Assembly (NCBI GenBank): GCA_028534125.1
Contig: CM052818.1
Location: forward strand, 37,140,001-37,204,000
Origin: Lama glama
Lineage: Eukaryota
Length of the DNA stretch: 64,000 bases
Direction of reading: 5' to 3'
The number at the start of each line of letters is the position of its first letter. Within the stretch, counting starts at the first letter, position 1. The notes under the pieces were generated by a model that worked only from the letters and a program-made list of their open reading frames with translations, was not told the origin of the DNA and did no database searches. Both the position numbers and the translations under genes were made by a program. This document shows positions 60,851 to 64,000 of the stretch, piece by piece.

Positions 60851-63589
60851 TTAAAGAGCTTGGGGTTTCTGATTCGGGGTAGGGACTCAAGCAGACCCTA
60901 TATTCCATCCAGAAGCACTGAATTTACTTTCCTTCCAGAACAGGAAGTCTCAGTGTCAAAGATTTGAAAGTGCCTTTAGAGACAACCTAGACAGGTGCCA
61001 AGGCTGGGATTCCTTTTGCAGTTGTGTGAGTCTAGCAAGGCATTAGGAGTAGATACCTATTCCAGCATATTCCTAGGTTTTCCATGGAAGGGGAAGGGGG
61101 AGCTTGTTTGCTCCAAGTTTTTGCTGTCTTCAGTGTAAGCCTGCCCCAATTTCTGCCTTCAGCGCTTGTAGCCACCCTGTGGTTTCCAGAAGCTGCTTTT
61201 GCAAACGTGCAGCCTGACACGGGGCCATGACCAACGAAGGTGCTTCTGGACTATCGGTTTGTGATGTGCTCATTGATCCCATTTTTGCCGCCATAATCTG
61301 TTATTATCTAATTCTATCTAAATACTTGAGCCAGTTTTCATATTTGAAATCCAGGCAGATTTAAAATGACCTTTTAAAGTCCCCCAGTTGTGGAATGAGT
61401 TCGAACAGGGTAGGAGGAGACGGGATGATACCCAGTGCGGGATGGACGGACGAGAAGAGTGGCGGTGCTGAGCAGAAGGCCTGCCCCAGGCAGCGAGCCT
61501 CTGATGTCGGTGGACCAGCAGGAAATAAGTGGAGATCTCGGCATCTCAGCTTTCTGGGTTATCCCTGAGCCCCTGCTGTGGCCCCAGTGACTGGTCCTTG
61601 TCTGGAGGCAGCAGAGAGGTAAAGGAGATCTTTAAAACTGTGCAGCGGATGGCCACTCCATAGGCGTATCCGTTTTGACAAAATGCAGTGTAGATTTGTG
61701 CTAAGAACTCAGGCAGCAGAGACTGCAGCCTCCTCCCTGCTCATGCTGGAAGACTTTTTCTCCCAGTAATGAGAGTGCCGGGTGAGCAGGCCTTCCCCTC
61801 CAGCGCTGGCAGCAGGACAGCTTGTGCCCAGGATGGATTTTTCTTCATTGATTCTAATCTTCTTCCTGACTGTCTGTCTTGGCTGCTTTGACATATTGAA
61901 CACCGAATAGTCCCTGAGTAATTCTTGAACATTTGGGGATCGTTTTTATTTTTACAAGACAGTAGAATCCAATGGAGTGATTTATACATGTGCTAGAAGA
62001 AAACGAAGGGAGAAAAAAACCCCAACAACAACAACAAAGTGGTTTCATTCTGGGAATAAACACAGACTCAGTGACGATTAAGAACAACACCAAACAAAAG
62101 GTTCACGCCCAGTCTTCAATAATTTCATAATTTCTTAAGGATGCACAGAATCATGTAGCGATGCACAGTAAGGCATAAAGGGCTTTCACAGCTCCGGCTT
62201 CAGCCATGATTGATGAGAAAATGCTACTGGAGGGAGAAAAGGAAAATGAATATTTATTAATGGAATACAGTGTCGGGGGTGCTTAAAATCTAAGGAGATC
62301 CATCATTTCGTATTCAAGGTTGGATGCATTCAGAACAGAAAGTTCAGGATGAGGACCCCATAGCTGAACTGTAGACCAGAAAAATTCGCAGGTGCTGCCG
62401 TCATCCGGACCACGGGGGACTTCCTGGAGATGTTATTCCCATTTCAGCCTCCATTTGCATCAGCTGAACAGGGCAATGTTACATGAGTTATCACTCCAGA
62501 AATGCTATGACAACAGTTGCCTTCACATTTTAGAACACCCAGAGCTATGTGGCCTGGTCATTCACCCAGAAGTTAATATATCATATCTTCGTATTTTCTC
62601 TGAATACGGTAGTTATAGTCTCTGTGCTGGCAGCTTGGGAATTATTAGCAAGACTTTTTTTCTACCATGACTTCATCTGTTCTCCTTTGCACCTTTTAAG
62701 TGCAGTTTAGCCAACCAATAGCACCTTTTCAAATCCCCTTGCGTATTCTCTCCCCTTCCCTATGCTTGCTCTATTTAGGTTGCTGAGTTAGTTAAGACTC
62801 AGAAAAGACTGTTTCCTTTTGGTGAAATGTTACTCATCTGACCTTAACATCCTAAAAAAAATTGAAGTTGGAAATCCAAGGAAGGCATTGTGGATCTCTT
62901 CTGTGATGGTGTTATTTCTCCATGTAAGCAGCTTGTTCAGGCAATTAACAGTAGTGATACCGTGGCTTGTTGTTTTGACAGGGAAGGAGAAATTGACTGA
63001 TGGCATTTAACTGCCTAATTTAACTTAAGGTATTGAAGTTGTAATGGAAGTTTCAGTGTGTAGACTTCAGCTAATGGGTAGCCCCCAAGCACATCACCCC
63101 TACCCACATAACCATAGGTACACAATGTTTTCAACTCCCCAGGCTTCCTTGGGATCTACAGTGCTTTACTGTAGAATGTGGTAGTGATGGCTTATTGGTC
63201 TTATAAATCCACCTACACTAAGATTTTGAAATCACTGTCCTGATAAATGGTCTGGGTCTTTAGACTGTCACTCCTGTTACTTCTGGATATGACTATTTCT
63301 AGGTAGCAAATCTTGGACTGCAGGGGCTGGCTATTACTGGTTTGTTGTGTATGTTATGCCAGAAGAAAATTTGCTATTCTGTTAGATAGTGTGTTTCAAT
63401 TTACTTTAAACCATTGATTCTACCAAATCCTCAGCAATAGAGGTGGATGGATTGTCTCTGTTGGTCATCTCTGGGAGAAGGCCAAGAGGGTATGGATTGT
63501 ATTGTTACTTCTTTTATATCATGCACATTTCCCACCTCCCAGTATAGACTGGGTGGTTTGGTCCCTAGGAAAGGGCTGGATCTAAAGCA

Positions 63590-64000
63590 GGTATCCAGCA
63601 AATATTTAATGGGCTAGTTAATTTATTTAAGTTTTTTATTTGGATGAAAAGCAATATTGGAGTTTTATTCTGTCTGGAGAGGAGGATTCAGATCTACTGA
63701 TAATTATGTAGCAGTGGCCAGAAGGTATGTGTTCAGGGAGGCTGCACATCTCAAAGGATAGTTTAAAAAGCCTCTGAGTTGAACAAAAAGATGAATGATC
63801 TCTGGAGAGATTTTTCTGGCTTGGCTACAAATAGAGCCAATGAGGAAGAATGATGAGAGATGAAGCTAGAAAGGGGTAGTTAAAGGCAAGACCCAGAATA
63901 TCTTGGTATTTTCTGGTTAAAGACTTTTCGCTAGGTCCTGTAAACAATGAAGCATTAAGGACTTAAGAGGCCAAATTAAATAGATAATGCCTGATCTGAT
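63590..64000 (-). mobile_element. L2 fragment (runs off the window end)
   Basis: atccagcaaatatttaatggg...gagagatgaagctagaaagg...aatgaagcattaaggacttaag...gcctgatctgat. Confidence 0.55.

Noticed and set aside
1..64000. CRISPR arrays, operons, rRNA genes or other prokaryote-type systems
   Set aside because: The sequence is repeat-rich mammalian DNA, with no regularly spaced repeat-spacer arrays, dense ORFs or rRNA motifs.

Overview
This is mammalian nuclear DNA, most likely camelid, judging by two tRNA-Ala-derived vic-1-type SINEs and an L1 3' end of cetartiodactyl type. The window is mostly intergenic or intronic and dominated by interspersed repeats: L1, L2, MIR, MaLR/ERVL/ERV1 LTRs, hAT DNA transposons and microsatellites. 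I recognise no cellular protein-coding exon. The only ORFs with a recognisable or likely origin are a decayed L1 ORF2 C-terminus (5197-5445) and a probable ERV env tail (24025-24279). The main non-repeat landmark is a CpG-island promoter at about 49.66-50.23 kb, with GC-box, BANP/Kaiso-like, YY1 and ETS motifs and a candidate splice donor; I cannot name its gene. Well-supported structural details include a solo ERV1-type LTR with a 4-bp TSD and an octamer/CCAAT cluster, a 5'-truncated ERV (env tail, polypurine tract, 3' LTR), a twin-primed inverted L1 and a SINE whose head is still almost a perfect tRNA-Ala(AGC). I see no convincing evidence of a novel biological system. Repeat family names come from recalled consensus motifs, and their boundaries are approximate unless a TSD or terminus is quoted.
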